Assembly: GCA_031411095.1 (NCBI GenBank)
Contig: JANOAK010000012.1
Span: 13,288-77,287, forward strand
Length of the DNA stretch: 64,000 bases
Origin: Flavobacteriales bacterium
GTDB lineage: Bacteria > Bacteroidota > Bacteroidia > Flavobacteriales_F > PHOS-HE28
Direction of reading: 5' to 3'
Positions 37,758 to 47,665 of the stretch are shown here, in pieces (position 1 is the stretch's first letter; each line of letters opens with the position of its first letter). Made by a program: the position numbers and the translations under genes. Under the pieces are notes generated by a model, which saw only the letters and a program-made list of their open reading frames with translations, ran no database searches and was not told the DNA's origin.

Positions 37758-40700
37758 ATGACCCGGCATGCCGTGTTGATCTGTGGCGTGAGCTTCCTGT
37801 TCACGACCGCACGGGCCGCGCACTATGCAGGTGGGAGTATCACCTATGAATGCATTGGACCCGACCAGTTCCTTATCAATCTGGACCTCTTCCTTGATTG
37901 CGCGGGTGTGCCAAGTGTTGCCCAAACGCTGACGTTCTCCAGCACGTGTGGCACCACGTTCACGGTGCCGAGCATCCCGCCACCGGTGCCTACGGAGGTG
38001 AGCCAGCTCTGCGCGGCCGCCATGTCCAACAGTACATGCAACGGGGGTACGTTGCCGGGTATCGAGTATTACCACTTTGAAACGATCGTCACCCTGCCGC
38101 CCTGTGACCACTGGACGGTGAGCTGGAACATCTGCTGTCGGGCCGCAACGGTGGATCTCGTCGGTGTGCCAGGGATGTACATCGAGGCGGAGATCTACAA
38201 CGCCACCGATGCGTGCAACAATTCCCCGGAGTTCACCGACCAATCGATCCCCTACGTCTGCCTCAACCAACCGGTGTACTACAATTTCGGGGTGAACGAA
38301 CCGGATGGGGATGAATTCACCTATGCGCTCATCAACGCCCGGTACTTCGCGGGCACACCACAGGACGTGAACTACCAGCCGGGTTTCTCCGGTGGAGCGC
38401 CGGTCCCCGGTATCACCCTCGATCCGGTGTCAGGGCAGATCGTATTCACCCCAACGGTCAGCGGGAACTATGTGGTGGCGGTGGAGGTGGAGGAGTACGA
38501 CGTCAACGGCAACTTGATCGGGACCGTTATGCGGGATATCATGTTCGTGGTGCTGCCCTGCACGGGAAGCGTGCCCATCAGCCAGGGTGCGGTGAATAAT
38601 ACAGGCGGGCTGATCACCGGGACCAACAGCATCGAAGTGTGCGAGGGTGAAGCGTTCTGTGTGGACATGGAGTTCACCGATGCGGATCCCGGAACCGTGC
38701 TACAGGTGGTATCCACGGCCACGGCCATGCTTCCCGGTTCCACGTTCACGGTGATCGGGACCAACCCGGCCATCGGACGCATCTGCTGGACAGGCGACCT
38801 GAACTACTCCCCCATCAATGTGCTGGTGCAGGCGGACGATGGCTCATGTCCGGTGGAGAACACGGCCACTGTGGCGTTGAACATCACCACGGTCAGCGGC
38901 GGAGGGCCGTTGCCGTCCCCTGGGACCAATGGGTCCGTTCAGGTCTGTCCCAATTCCCTGGCCTTCATGCTTATCGATGAGCTGGGCGGAACACCCGATC
39001 CCAGTGGGTTCTGGACAGGCCCTTCAGGATCCCCTCATAATGCACAGTTCGATCCCATTACCGATCCGGCAGGGGTCTACACCTACACCGTGGGCAACTC
39101 CTGCGCGAGCGCCACCTCCACCGTTGCGGTGAGCTACGTGAACGTGCCCAACCCGGGAACCGATGGGGCGCTGAGCCTTTGTTCCAATGTCGTTCCGGTG
39201 AACCTGCTCACCGGCCTTGGGGGAACACCTTCTGCCGGGGGCACGTGGACCGCGCCGGGCGGTGGTGCGTTCGGGGGCAGTTACGATCCGGCCGTTCATG
39301 GCCCAGGCATTTACATGTATTCGGTCCCGGCGCTCTCGGGTTGTCCGGGATCGAGCGCAACGGTGACCGTAACGGAGACCCCCGCCCCGAATGCGGGCAT
39401 CAACGGGCTGATGAGCGTGTGCTCCGATCAGGGGGTCACATCCATGTTCGGGTACCTCGGAGGCACCCCGGCAGTGGGTGGAACATGGACCGCCCCGGGA
39501 GGTGGTGCGTTCAGCGGAAGCTTCAACCCGGCTGTGCATGCGGCCGGTGTTTATACCTACAGCGTGACCGGCACGCCCCCGTGCGTCAACGCACAGGCCA
39601 CGGTAACCGTTACCATTAATCCAGTACCGAACGCTGGCGCGAACGGCTCGCGCACCGTGTGCTCATCCGCCGCGCCGGCCAACCTGTTCACCAGCCTGGG
39701 CGGCACTCCCCAAGCGGGTGGGTCATGGACCGACCCCGTGGGCATGCCCCACAGCAACATGTACGACCCGGCTGTCGATGGTCCGGGTGTGTATGTGTAC
39801 ACCGTGACCGGCGTTGCACCTTGCGCGAATGCTGCCGCTACGGTGACGGTCACGGAGACACCCGCACCTAACGCAGGGGCGGATGCGATCTTCTCCATTT
39901 GCAGCAACGGGCCGGTCACGAACCTGTATACTCTGTTGGGCGGTGGTGCCCAGGCCGGTGGCACATGGACCAATCCGGGCGGCGCCGCGTTCAGCGGATC
40001 CTACGACCCCACATTACATGGCCCCGGCATCTATACCTACACCCTCGCTCCCAGCGCTCCCTGTCCGGGAGATCAGGCCACGGTGACAGTAACGGAGCCT
40101 ATGGCGCCCAACGCAGGGGTGGATGCGGTCTATTCCATCTGTTCATCCAATGCGGCCACCAACCTGCTCTCCTTGCTCACTGGCGCGCAGGCCGGGGGTA
40201 CGTGGACCGCACCGGGCGGGGGCGCCTTCTTCGGTACGTATGACCCTGCCGTGCACGGCAGCGGCGTATTCACCTATACGGTGAACGGCGCTGCACCCTG
40301 TGTTGCCGATCAGGCCACGGTGACGGTCACGGAGAACGCTGCTCCGAACGCCGGCACCGATGGTGCCCTCGCGCTCTGTTCAACTTCGTCCGCCACAGGG
40401 CTTCTGGCCTCGCTGGTAGGTGCGCAGGCCGGCGGCATGTGGAGCGCTCCGGGTGGAGGGGCCTTCAGCGGTACGTACGATCCCGCCGTGCACATGAGCG
40501 GCGTTTACACATACACGGTGCCGGGCATTTCACCCTGCGCATCCGATCAGGCCACGGTCACGGTGACGGAGAACGCAGCACCGAACGCGGGAACGGATGG
40601 CACGCTTGCGCTATGTTCCAGCTCCGCGGCCACGGGGCTCTTTGCTTCGCTCACGGGTGCCCAGGCGGGTGGCACGTGGACCGCTCCAGGTGGAGGTGCC

Positions 40701-43700
40701 TTCACGGGCACCTATGATCCTGCGGTGGACGCGAGCGGCGTGTACACGTACATGGTATCGGGTACAGCACCCTGCGCAGCGGACCAGGCCACAGTGACCG
40801 TGACGGAGAACGCGGCACCGAACGCCGGCACGGATGGCAGCCTTACACTGTGTTCCACCTCTGCGGCCACGGGGCTCATCACTTCGCTCACGGGCGCCCA
40901 AGCGGGAGGCACGTGGACGGCACCAGGCGGAGGCGCATTCGCTGGCACGTATGATCCGGCCGTGCACGATGCCGGTGTCTACACATACACCGTGGCCGGG
41001 GCGGCACCCTGCGCATCCGATCAGGCCACGGTCACGGTGACGGAGAACGCGGCACCGAACGCGGGAACGGATGGCACCCTTACGCTGTGTTCCACCTCCG
41101 CGGCCACGGGGCTCATCACTTCGCTCGCGGGCGCCCAGGTGGGAGGCACGTGGACGGCCCCAGCCGGAGGCGCATTCGCTGGCACGTATGATCCTGCCGT
41201 GCACGATGCCGGTGTCTACACGTACACCGTGGCCGGGGCGGCCCCGTGCGCATCCGATCAGGCCACGGTCACGGTGACGGAGAACGCGGCACCGAACGCG
41301 GGAACGGATGGCACCATCACGCTATGTTCAACCTCTGCGGCCACAGGGCTCTTTGCTTCGCTCACGGGTGCACAGGCGGGTGGCTCGTGGACGGCTCCAG
41401 GTGGAGGGCCCTTCACGGGCACCTATGATCCGGCGGTGGACGCGGGCGGCGTGTACACATACGTGGTATCGGGTACAGCGCCATGCGCAGCGGACCAGGC
41501 CACAGTGACCGTGACGGAGAACGCGGCACCGAACGCGGGCACGGATGGCAACCTTACGCTGTGCTCCACCTCTGCGGCCACAGGTCTCTTTGCTTCGCTC
41601 ACGGGCGCACAGGCGGGTGGGACCTGGACGGCGCCCGGTGGAGGCGCCTTCAACGGCACCTATGATCCATCGGTGAACAGTGGTGGGGTGTATACCTACA
41701 CGCTCAATGCCACTGCCCCGTGTGTGAGCGACCAGTCCACGGTAACGGTGACCGAGAACACAGCACCCAACGCCGGCGCTGACGGGTCCATCACGATCTG
41801 TGAACTGAGTGCTCCCACGCCCCTCTTTCCTTCGCTCATGGGCGCCGATGCCGGTGGTTCGTGGAACGCACCCGGAGGCGGTGCATTCAGTGGCACCTAC
41901 GATCCGGTGGTGAACACGAGCGGGGTATACACCTACTCCGTATCAGGTACGGCTCCCTGCGTTGCGGACCAGGCAACGGTCACGGTCACTGAAACGAGCG
42001 ACCCGGACGCGGGCACCGACGGATCCATCACACTTTGTTCAACTTCCGCAGCCACCGACCTTTTCGCTTCGCTCAGCGGTGCGGATGGTGGTGGAACGTG
42101 GACCGCTCCTGGTGGAGGTGCGTTCAGCGGCACATACGACCCGTCCGTGAACAGCGGTGGCGTTTATACCTACACGCTCAATGCCACGGCCCCCTGTGTG
42201 AGCGACCAGTCGACGGTAACAGTGACGGAGAACGCGGCGCCGAACGCCGGTGTGGACGGGTCCATTACGATCTGCGACCTCAGCGCACCTACAGGGCTCT
42301 TCGCTTCGCTCTCGGGCGCACAAGCTGGTGGGACCTGGACGGCTCCCGGTGGCGGCGCTTTCTCCGGGACCTATGATCCGGCCGTGAATGTGACCGGCGT
42401 GTACACATACTCGGTAGCAGGTACACCGCCGTGCGCGGTGGACCAGGCCATGGTGACGGTCACGGAAACGACCAGCCCGTACGCGGGCATCGACGGGGCG
42501 ATCACGCTCTGTTCCACTTCCGGGGCGATCGCGCTGTTCGCTTCGCTCACAGGCGCCCAGGCCGGTGGCACCTGGACGGCTCCCGGTGGAGGGGCGTTCA
42601 GCGGCACCTACGATCCGGCAGTGAATAGCAGTGGCATCTATACCTATACCCTGAATGCAACTGCACCGTGTGTAAGCGATCAGGGTACGGTGACAGTGAC
42701 GGAGCTTGCAGCGCCGTTCGCCGGATCGGATGCATCCGTCACGCTCTGCGACCTGGGAGCGCCCACGGCACTGTTCGCTTCACTTACGGGCGCGGATGGC
42801 GGTGGGACGTGGACCGCGCCGGGTGGCGGGGCGTTCAGTGGCACCTACGATCCGGCCGTGAACACGAGCGGTGTGTACGCGTACTCAGTAGTAGGTACAC
42901 CGCCGTGCATAGCGGACCAGGCGACGGTGACGGTCACGGAAACGAGCAGCCCGAACGCGGGCACGGACGGGGCGATCACGCTGTGTTCGAATGCCGCACC
43001 CACATCCCTGTTCGCGCAGCTGGGCGGGGGTGCCCAGGCAGGTGGTACATGGACATCCCCAGCGGGAACTTCGCACACGGGCACGTTGGATCCAGCCGTG
43101 GACGCGTCCGGATCCTACCAATACACCCTTGATGCCGCCCTCCCGTGTGTGGCGTCCACCGCCGCGGTGATGGTGACCATTGAACCAGTCCCCGATGCAG
43201 GAACGAATGGCAGCGTTGAGCTGTGCACGGGTGATGGACCTGCGGATCTGTTCACGTTCTTGGGTGGTTCACCCGATGCGGGCGGTACATGGACCGCAGC
43301 GGGCGGGGGCGCGTTCAGCGGTACGTTCGATCCCGCGCTCGATGCTCCAGGGACCTACACTTACAGCATCGGCACTGCAGTGTGTTCCACCGTGCAGAGC
43401 AGTGTTCAGGTCACTGTTCTGGTCGGCCCGGATGCAGGGCAGGGTACTGACTTGGCGCTCTGCAACAGCAATGCATCGGTGACTTTGTTCAACTACCTGC
43501 TCGGCACCCCTGACCCTGGTGGCACCTGGTCCGCTCCCGGAGGGGGGGCGTTCGCCGGAACCTTGGACCCAGCCATTGATCCTGCCGGCGCGTATACGTA
43601 CACAGTTGCGGGCAATGCGACCTGTCCCAACGCTGTTGCCATCCTTAACGTGAGCATCAATGCCGCGGTCTCCGCCGGGGTGCCCGGTGCGGTGATCCTG

Positions 43701-45170
43701 TGCACCACCAACACTCCGCAAGCGTTGATCGCCAGCCTGGGAGGATCACCTCAGCCCGGTGGAACGTGGAGTGCGCCGGATGGATCGCCGTTCAGTGGAA
43801 CCATCGATCCCGCGACCGATGCACCGGGTCTTTACACCTACCTGGTGCAAGGGCCTGATCCCTGCCCCGATGCCTCGGCCACCGTGAATGTGCAATTGAA
43901 CCAGGCTGCGGATGCCGGCGAGGACGGGTCTGGATCGGTCTGCAGCGACCATGCCCCCATCAGCTTGATCACGCTATTGGGCGGTACACCGCAGGTCGAT
44001 GGCACATGGACAGGACCGGATGAATTGCCTGCTTCGGGCACCTTCACCCCAGGTGTTTCGTTGGTGGGAGGATATACCTATGAAGTAATTGGACAAGGGC
44101 CTTGCGCGTCAGATATGGCCACGGTCACCATGTCCGTATCCCCAGCTGCCGATGCCGGTGATGATGGTGCCATCACGCTCTGCGCAGATGCGGACGCCTT
44201 CGACCTCTTGCCCCTGCTGGAGGGCAACCCTGATCCCGGCGGCACCTGGACCTACCCCGATGGTTCACCATGCAATGGATCGGTCGATCCGGCCACGGAT
44301 ATGTCCGGGGCATACACGTACACGGTGGTCGCGCCCGCACCTTGCCTGGCCGACCAGGCGGTGGTGATGGTCACGATCCATCCGACACCACTGCCGGAGA
44401 TCCTTGTGCAGACCGACGGGGGCTGTTCGCCGGTGACCGCCATGTTCACCAATGGGTACGATGGACCGGGAACGTGTTACTGGACGTTCGGCAACGACAG
44501 CACCTCCGGGGATTGCATACCACCACCTGTTGTGTACGACCAGACCGGTTCGTACACCGTAACGCTCACCATGGATGCGGGCAACGGCTGCACGGCCATG
44601 GTGACGCTCTCCGAGCCGATCGAGGTGGTCGAACGACCTGAAGCGATGTTCCTGGTTACACCGGAGAACCTGAACACCGGGGCACCGCAGGCGATCTTCC
44701 AGAATGGCAGCACGGGGGCGGTGAGCTATTCGTGGCAATTCGACGAGCTTGGAGAGAGTGAGGAAGCGCAACCCACGTTCACCTTCCCGTCCGAAGTGGA
44801 AGGGCTGTACACCGTGTGCCTGACGGCTTATGCGAACGAAGCGTGCTTCGACACGGCGTGCGCCGATGTCCTCGTGCCTGCGGGAGCCGGCGTGTTCGTG
44901 CCCAATGCGTTCAGCCCCGACGGCGATGGCGTCAATGACACCTTCATGCCCATCGTATCGGGCATAACATCTGATATGTATGAATTCCTGGTGTTCGATC
45001 GCTATGGGCAGCAATTGTTCCGCACCTCGATGATCGGTGAGCCGTGGACCGGCCAATTCGGCGACGGAACGCTCACCCCGGTGGGCGTATACATCTGGAA
45101 GGTCACCGGACATGATAGGTACAACGGCCAGCGTGTGGACAGGACCGGTCATGTGACCTTGGTCCGCTGA
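37758..45170 (+). CDS. Large T9SS type B CTD adhesin, ~2470 aa (head, 23 x 79-aa repeats, 2 PKD-like domains, CTD)
   Basis: Signal peptide ending ARA-AHYAGG, WNICCR head, PKD-like YWTFGND and YSWQFDE, and VFVPNAFSPDGDGVNDTF..FDRYG..GVYIWKV..GHVTLVR. Confidence 0.92.
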   Translation: MTRHAVLICGVSFLFTTARAAHYAGGSITYECIGPDQFLINLDLFLDCAGVPSVAQTLTFSSTCGTTFTVPSIPPPVPTEVSQLCAAAMSNSTCNGGTLPGIEYYHFETIVTLPPCDHWTVSWNICCRAATVDLVGVPGMYIEAEIYNATDACNNSPEFTDQSIPYVCLNQPVYYNFGVNEPDGDEFTYALINARYFAGTPQDVNYQPGFSGGAPVPGITLDPVSGQIVFTPTVSGNYVVAVEVEEYDVNGNLIGTVMRDIMFVVLPCTGSVPISQGAVNNTGGLITGTNSIEVCEGEAFCVDMEFTDADPGTVLQVVSTATAMLPGSTFTVIGTNPAIGRICWTGDLNYSPINVLVQADDGSCPVENTATVALNITTVSGGGPLPSPGTNGSVQVCPNSLAFMLIDELGGTPDPSGFWTGPSGSPHNAQFDPITDPAGVYTYTVGNSCASATSTVAVSYVNVPNPGTDGALSLCSNVVPVNLLTGLGGTPSAGGTWTAPGGGAFGGSYDPAVHGPGIYMYSVPALSGCPGSSATVTVTETPAPNAGINGLMSVCSDQGVTSMFGYLGGTPAVGGTWTAPGGGAFSGSFNPAVHAAGVYTYSVTGTPPCVNAQATVTVTINPVPNAGANGSRTVCSSAAPANLFTSLGGTPQAGGSWTDPVGMPHSNMYDPAVDGPGVYVYTVTGVAPCANAAATVTVTETPAPNAGADAIFSICSNGPVTNLYTLLGGGAQAGGTWTNPGGAAFSGSYDPTLHGPGIYTYTLAPSAPCPGDQATVTVTEPMAPNAGVDAVYSICSSNAATNLLSLLTGAQAGGTWTAPGGGAFFGTYDPAVHGSGVFTYTVNGAAPCVADQATVTVTENAAPNAGTDGALALCSTSSATGLLASLVGAQAGGMWSAPGGGAFSGTYDPAVHMSGVYTYTVPGISPCASDQATVTVTENAAPNAGTDGTLALCSSSAATGLFASLTGAQAGGTWTAPGGGAFTGTYDPAVDASGVYTYMVSGTAPCAADQATVTVTENAAPNAGTDGSLTLCSTSAATGLITSLTGAQAGGTWTAPGGGAFAGTYDPAVHDAGVYTYTVAGAAPCASDQATVTVTENAAPNAGTDGTLTLCSTSAATGLITSLAGAQVGGTWTAPAGGAFAGTYDPAVHDAGVYTYTVAGAAPCASDQATVTVTENAAPNAGTDGTITLCSTSAATGLFASLTGAQAGGSWTAPGGGPFTGTYDPAVDAGGVYTYVVSGTAPCAADQATVTVTENAAPNAGTDGNLTLCSTSAATGLFASLTGAQAGGTWTAPGGGAFNGTYDPSVNSGGVYTYTLNATAPCVSDQSTVTVTENTAPNAGADGSITICELSAPTPLFPSLMGADAGGSWNAPGGGAFSGTYDPVVNTSGVYTYSVSGTAPCVADQATVTVTETSDPDAGTDGSITLCSTSAATDLFASLSGADGGGTWTAPGGGAFSGTYDPSVNSGGVYTYTLNATAPCVSDQSTVTVTENAAPNAGVDGSITICDLSAPTGLFASLSGAQAGGTWTAPGGGAFSGTYDPAVNVTGVYTYSVAGTPPCAVDQAMVTVTETTSPYAGIDGAITLCSTSGAIALFASLTGAQAGGTWTAPGGGAFSGTYDPAVNSSGIYTYTLNATAPCVSDQGTVTVTELAAPFAGSDASVTLCDLGAPTALFASLTGADGGGTWTAPGGGAFSGTYDPAVNTSGVYAYSVVGTPPCIADQATVTVTETSSPNAGTDGAITLCSNAAPTSLFAQLGGGAQAGGTWTSPAGTSHTGTLDPAVDASGSYQYTLDAALPCVASTAAVMVTIEPVPDAGTNGSVELCTGDGPADLFTFLGGSPDAGGTWTAAGGGAFSGTFDPALDAPGTYTYSIGTAVCSTVQSSVQVTVLVGPDAGQGTDLALCNSNASVTLFNYLLGTPDPGGTWSAPGGGAFAGTLDPAIDPAGAYTYTVAGNATCPNAVAILNVSINAAVSAGVPGAVILCTTNTPQALIASLGGSPQPGGTWSAPDGSPFSGTIDPATDAPGLYTYLVQGPDPCPDASATVNVQLNQAADAGEDGSGSVCSDHAPISLITLLGGTPQVDGTWTGPDELPASGTFTPGVSLVGGYTYEVIGQGPCASDMATVTMSVSPAADAGDDGAITLCADADAFDLLPLLEGNPDPGGTWTYPDGSPCNGSVDPATDMSGAYTYTVVAPAPCLADQAVVMVTIHPTPLPEILVQTDGGCSPVTAMFTNGYDGPGTCYWTFGNDSTSGDCIPPPVVYDQTGSYTVTLTMDAGNGCTAMVTLSEPIEVVERPEAMFLVTPENLNTGAPQAIFQNGSTGAVSYSWQFDELGESEEAQPTFTFPSEVEGLYTVCLTAYANEACFDTACADVLVPAGAGVFVPNAFSPDGDGVNDTFMPIVSGITSDMYEFLVFDRYGQQLFRTSMIGEPWTGQFGDGTLTPVGVYIWKVTGHDRYNGQRVDRTGHVTLVR
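38918..44388 (+). repeat. Coding tandem array of 23 repeats of 237-240 nt
   Basis: Consensus NAGTDGxLxLCS..LFxSLxGAQAGGTWTAPGGGAFSGTYDPAV..GVYTYTV.G..PC..DQATVTVTE. The period is exactly 237 nt from 40584 to 42954. Confidence 0.9.
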
Positions 45171-45257
45171 TCGGGCATCGCGCTGGTGGAGGGGAGAGCG
45201 CTCCACGGTCCGGCGCGCTGCAGGGGCCCTCTATCTTCGCGCCACTTCCCCTGCAAC

Positions 45258-45989
45258 GTGCCGGACCGCCTCGTCATCATTCCTACCTATAATGAGCAGG
45301 AGAACATCCGTGAGATCCTTGCGCATGTCCTCAACCTCCAACCAACGTTCCACGTGCTGGTGGTGGACGATGGATCACCGGATGGCACGGCCGGAACGGT
45401 GAAGGAACTGATGCCCATCCATGACGGACGATTGCACCTGATGCAGCGCGCGGGCAAGCAGGGCTTGGGTACGGCCTACATCGCCGGATTCCGTTGGGCC
45501 CTGGATCGCGACTACGCCTACATCTTCGAGATGGATGCGGATTTCAGTCACGACCCGAATGACCTCGTGCGTTTGTTCAATGCATGCGACCGGGAAGGGG
45601 CGGACATGAGCGTGGGCTCGCGCTATGTGAAAGGCGGCCACGTGCGCGACTGGTCATGGGACCGCATCCTGCTCAGCTATTGTGCATCGCTCTATGTGCG
45701 CATGATCCTGTGGCTGGGTGTACGCGACACTACGGCGGGATTCGTGTGCTATAAAGCGAAGGTGCTCCGCGTGTTGGAGCTTGAGCAGATCCGGTTCGTC
45801 GGGTATGCGTTCCAGATCGAAATGAAGTATCGTGCGGTACTCGCGGGTTTCCGCATCGCCGAGGTCCCCATCACCTTCATCGATCGGATGAAGGGCACCA
45901 GTAAAATGAGCGCGAACATCTTCCGCGAGGCCGTGCTTGGGGTATTGAAGATGCGGTTCAATGTGAAGCAACGCAAGGCCGTACCCTGA
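45258..45989 (+). CDS. Polyprenol monophosphomannose synthase (DPM1-like GT2)
   Basis: IIPTYNEQENI, VVDDGSPDGT, GLGTAYIAGF, EMDADFSHDP, GYAFQIEMK. GTG start at 45258 follows TATCTTCG at 45232. Confidence 0.92.
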   Translation: MPDRLVIIPTYNEQENIREILAHVLNLQPTFHVLVVDDGSPDGTAGTVKELMPIHDGRLHLMQRAGKQGLGTAYIAGFRWALDRDYAYIFEMDADFSHDPNDLVRLFNACDREGADMSVGSRYVKGGHVRDWSWDRILLSYCASLYVRMILWLGVRDTTAGFVCYKAKVLRVLELEQIRFVGYAFQIEMKYRAVLAGFRIAEVPITFIDRMKGTSKMSANIFREAVLGVLKMRFNVKQRKAVP

Positions 45990-45992
45990 TCC

Positions 45993-47330
45993 ATGGAACG
46001 TTGGTCGATCCGCAATGCCCGCGTGGTGAATGAAGGTCGCACGTTCGAGGCCGATGTGATCATCCGCGATGGGATCATCGAACGGGTCTCGGTCGAAGGG
46101 GTGGGTGATGCCCCCGGTGCCACTGAGGTCGACGCGAAAGGGATGCTGCTGCTGCCCGGAGCCATCGATGACCAGGTCCACTTCCGCGAACCCGGGCTCA
46201 CCCACAAGGACGATATCGCGCACGGCAGTGCCGCTGCGGTGGCCGGCGGCATCACCAGCTTCATGGAGATGCCCAATACGGTGCCGAACGCGCTCACCCA
46301 GGAACTGCTTGCGGACAAATACGACCTGGGCGCAGCGCACAGCGTGGCGAACTACTCCTTCTACATGGGAGCGGGGAACAGCAACCTGGATCAGGTGCTG
46401 CGCACGGATCCACGTACCGTGTGCGGACTCAAGGCCTTCCTTGGAAGCAGCACAGGCGATATGCTCGTGAACGATGAGCGCACGCTCGACGGGTTGTTCA
46501 GCAAGGCGCACATGATCCTGGCCGTTCATGCCGAGGACGAGTCCACGATCCGGACCAACACGGAGAAGGCGCTCACCCGATACGGCGAGGACATTCCCAT
46601 CGAGGAGCATCCGTTGATCCGCAGCGCCGAGGCCTGTTACCTGAGCAGCAGCTCCGCCGTTGCCCGGGCGCGGGAGCATGGTACCCGGTTGCACGTACTG
46701 CACATCAGCACGGCCCGTGAGCTTGAACTGTTCGCACCGGGTCCATTGGAGGGCAAGCGCATCACGGCGGAAGCATGCGTTCATCACCTCTGGTTCACGG
46801 ATGCCGAATACGCGCGGCTGGGCACCCGGATCAAATGGAATCCCGCCGTAAAGAGCTTGGCGGACCGCGAGGCCATCCGCCAGGCGGTGGTGGAAGGGCG
46901 GATCGATGTGGTGGCCACGGATCACGCGCCACACACGCTCGAGGAGAAGTCCCAGGCCTACCGCAAGTGCCCCAGCGGCGGACCGTTGGTGCAGCACGCA
47001 CTGCCCGCCATGCTCGAGCTGGTACACCAAGGCGTGTTCACGCTGGAAGGGGTCGTGGAGAAGATGTGCCACGCACCGGCACGCCTGTTCCAGGTCTCCC
47101 GTCGCGGTTTCATCCGCGAAGGCTACTTCGCCGACCTGGTGCTCGTGGACCCTGATGCACCTTGGACGGTGGCACCGGAGAACATACTCTACAAGTGTGG
47201 CTGGTCACCGTTCGAGGGTCAGGGCTTCCGTTCACGCGTATTGCGCACGTGGGTGAACGGCCGGCAGGTGTATCACAAGGGCAGCGTGGACCGTTCAGCG
47301 CGCGGCATGCGCCTCACCTTTGACCGATGA
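45993..47330 (+). CDS. pyrC: Dihydroorotase (multifunctional-complex type, DxQVH variant)
   Basis: PGAIDDQVHFREPG, EMPNT, LKAFLGSSTG, HVLHIST, KWNP, ATDHAPH, KCGWSPFEG. Confidence 0.9.
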   Translation: MERWSIRNARVVNEGRTFEADVIIRDGIIERVSVEGVGDAPGATEVDAKGMLLLPGAIDDQVHFREPGLTHKDDIAHGSAAAVAGGITSFMEMPNTVPNALTQELLADKYDLGAAHSVANYSFYMGAGNSNLDQVLRTDPRTVCGLKAFLGSSTGDMLVNDERTLDGLFSKAHMILAVHAEDESTIRTNTEKALTRYGEDIPIEEHPLIRSAEACYLSSSSAVARAREHGTRLHVLHISTARELELFAPGPLEGKRITAEACVHHLWFTDAEYARLGTRIKWNPAVKSLADREAIRQAVVEGRIDVVATDHAPHTLEEKSQAYRKCPSGGPLVQHALPAMLELVHQGVFTLEGVVEKMCHAPARLFQVSRRGFIREGYFADLVLVDPDAPWTVAPENILYKCGWSPFEGQGFRSRVLRTWVNGRQVYHKGSVDRSARGMRLTFDR

Positions 47331-47665
47331 AATACGCCGCAGCGCTCATGATCCCCCTGCTCGCCCTTGCGTGCGGAAGGGAGGAAGAGCGACCGGCCGA
47401 TCTGCTGGACCGATCTTCGTTCAAGGCGGTGTTGGTTGAAGCGCAATTGATCGAGGCGCGCGTGAACAGGGAAATGACGGTGGACAAGCGGCAGGACATA
47501 CCGGTGAAGCAGTACTATGCGGAGATGTTCGCACAGAAGGATATTCCGGCGGAGGCCTTCCACAGGACCTTCAACTGGTACGCCGAACATCCAGAGGAAT
47601 TGAAAGCGGTGTATGCTGATGTCCTCACCGAACTGCAGCAGCGCAGCGACACCATCCCTCACTGA
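47327..47665 (+). CDS. DUF4296-like lipoprotein
   Basis: Lipobox LALAC, YYAEMFAQKDI..F..TFNWY. ATGA overlap with pyrC. Confidence 0.75.
   Translation: MKYAAALMIPLLALACGREEERPADLLDRSSFKAVLVEAQLIEARVNREMTVDKRQDIPVKQYYAEMFAQKDIPAEAFHRTFNWYAEHPEELKAVYADVLTELQQRSDTIPH

Noticed and set aside
40584-42954. Possible diversity-generating retroelement template/variable repeat pair
   Set aside because: The differences are mostly synonymous and not adenine-specific, all copies are in-frame coding, and no reverse transcriptase is present.
46165-46195. Gln in place of the first His in the pyrC metal motif (DDQVH) as a sign of inactivity
   Set aside because: As I recall, this variant is normal for Bacteroidota dihydroorotases, and the other ligands are intact.
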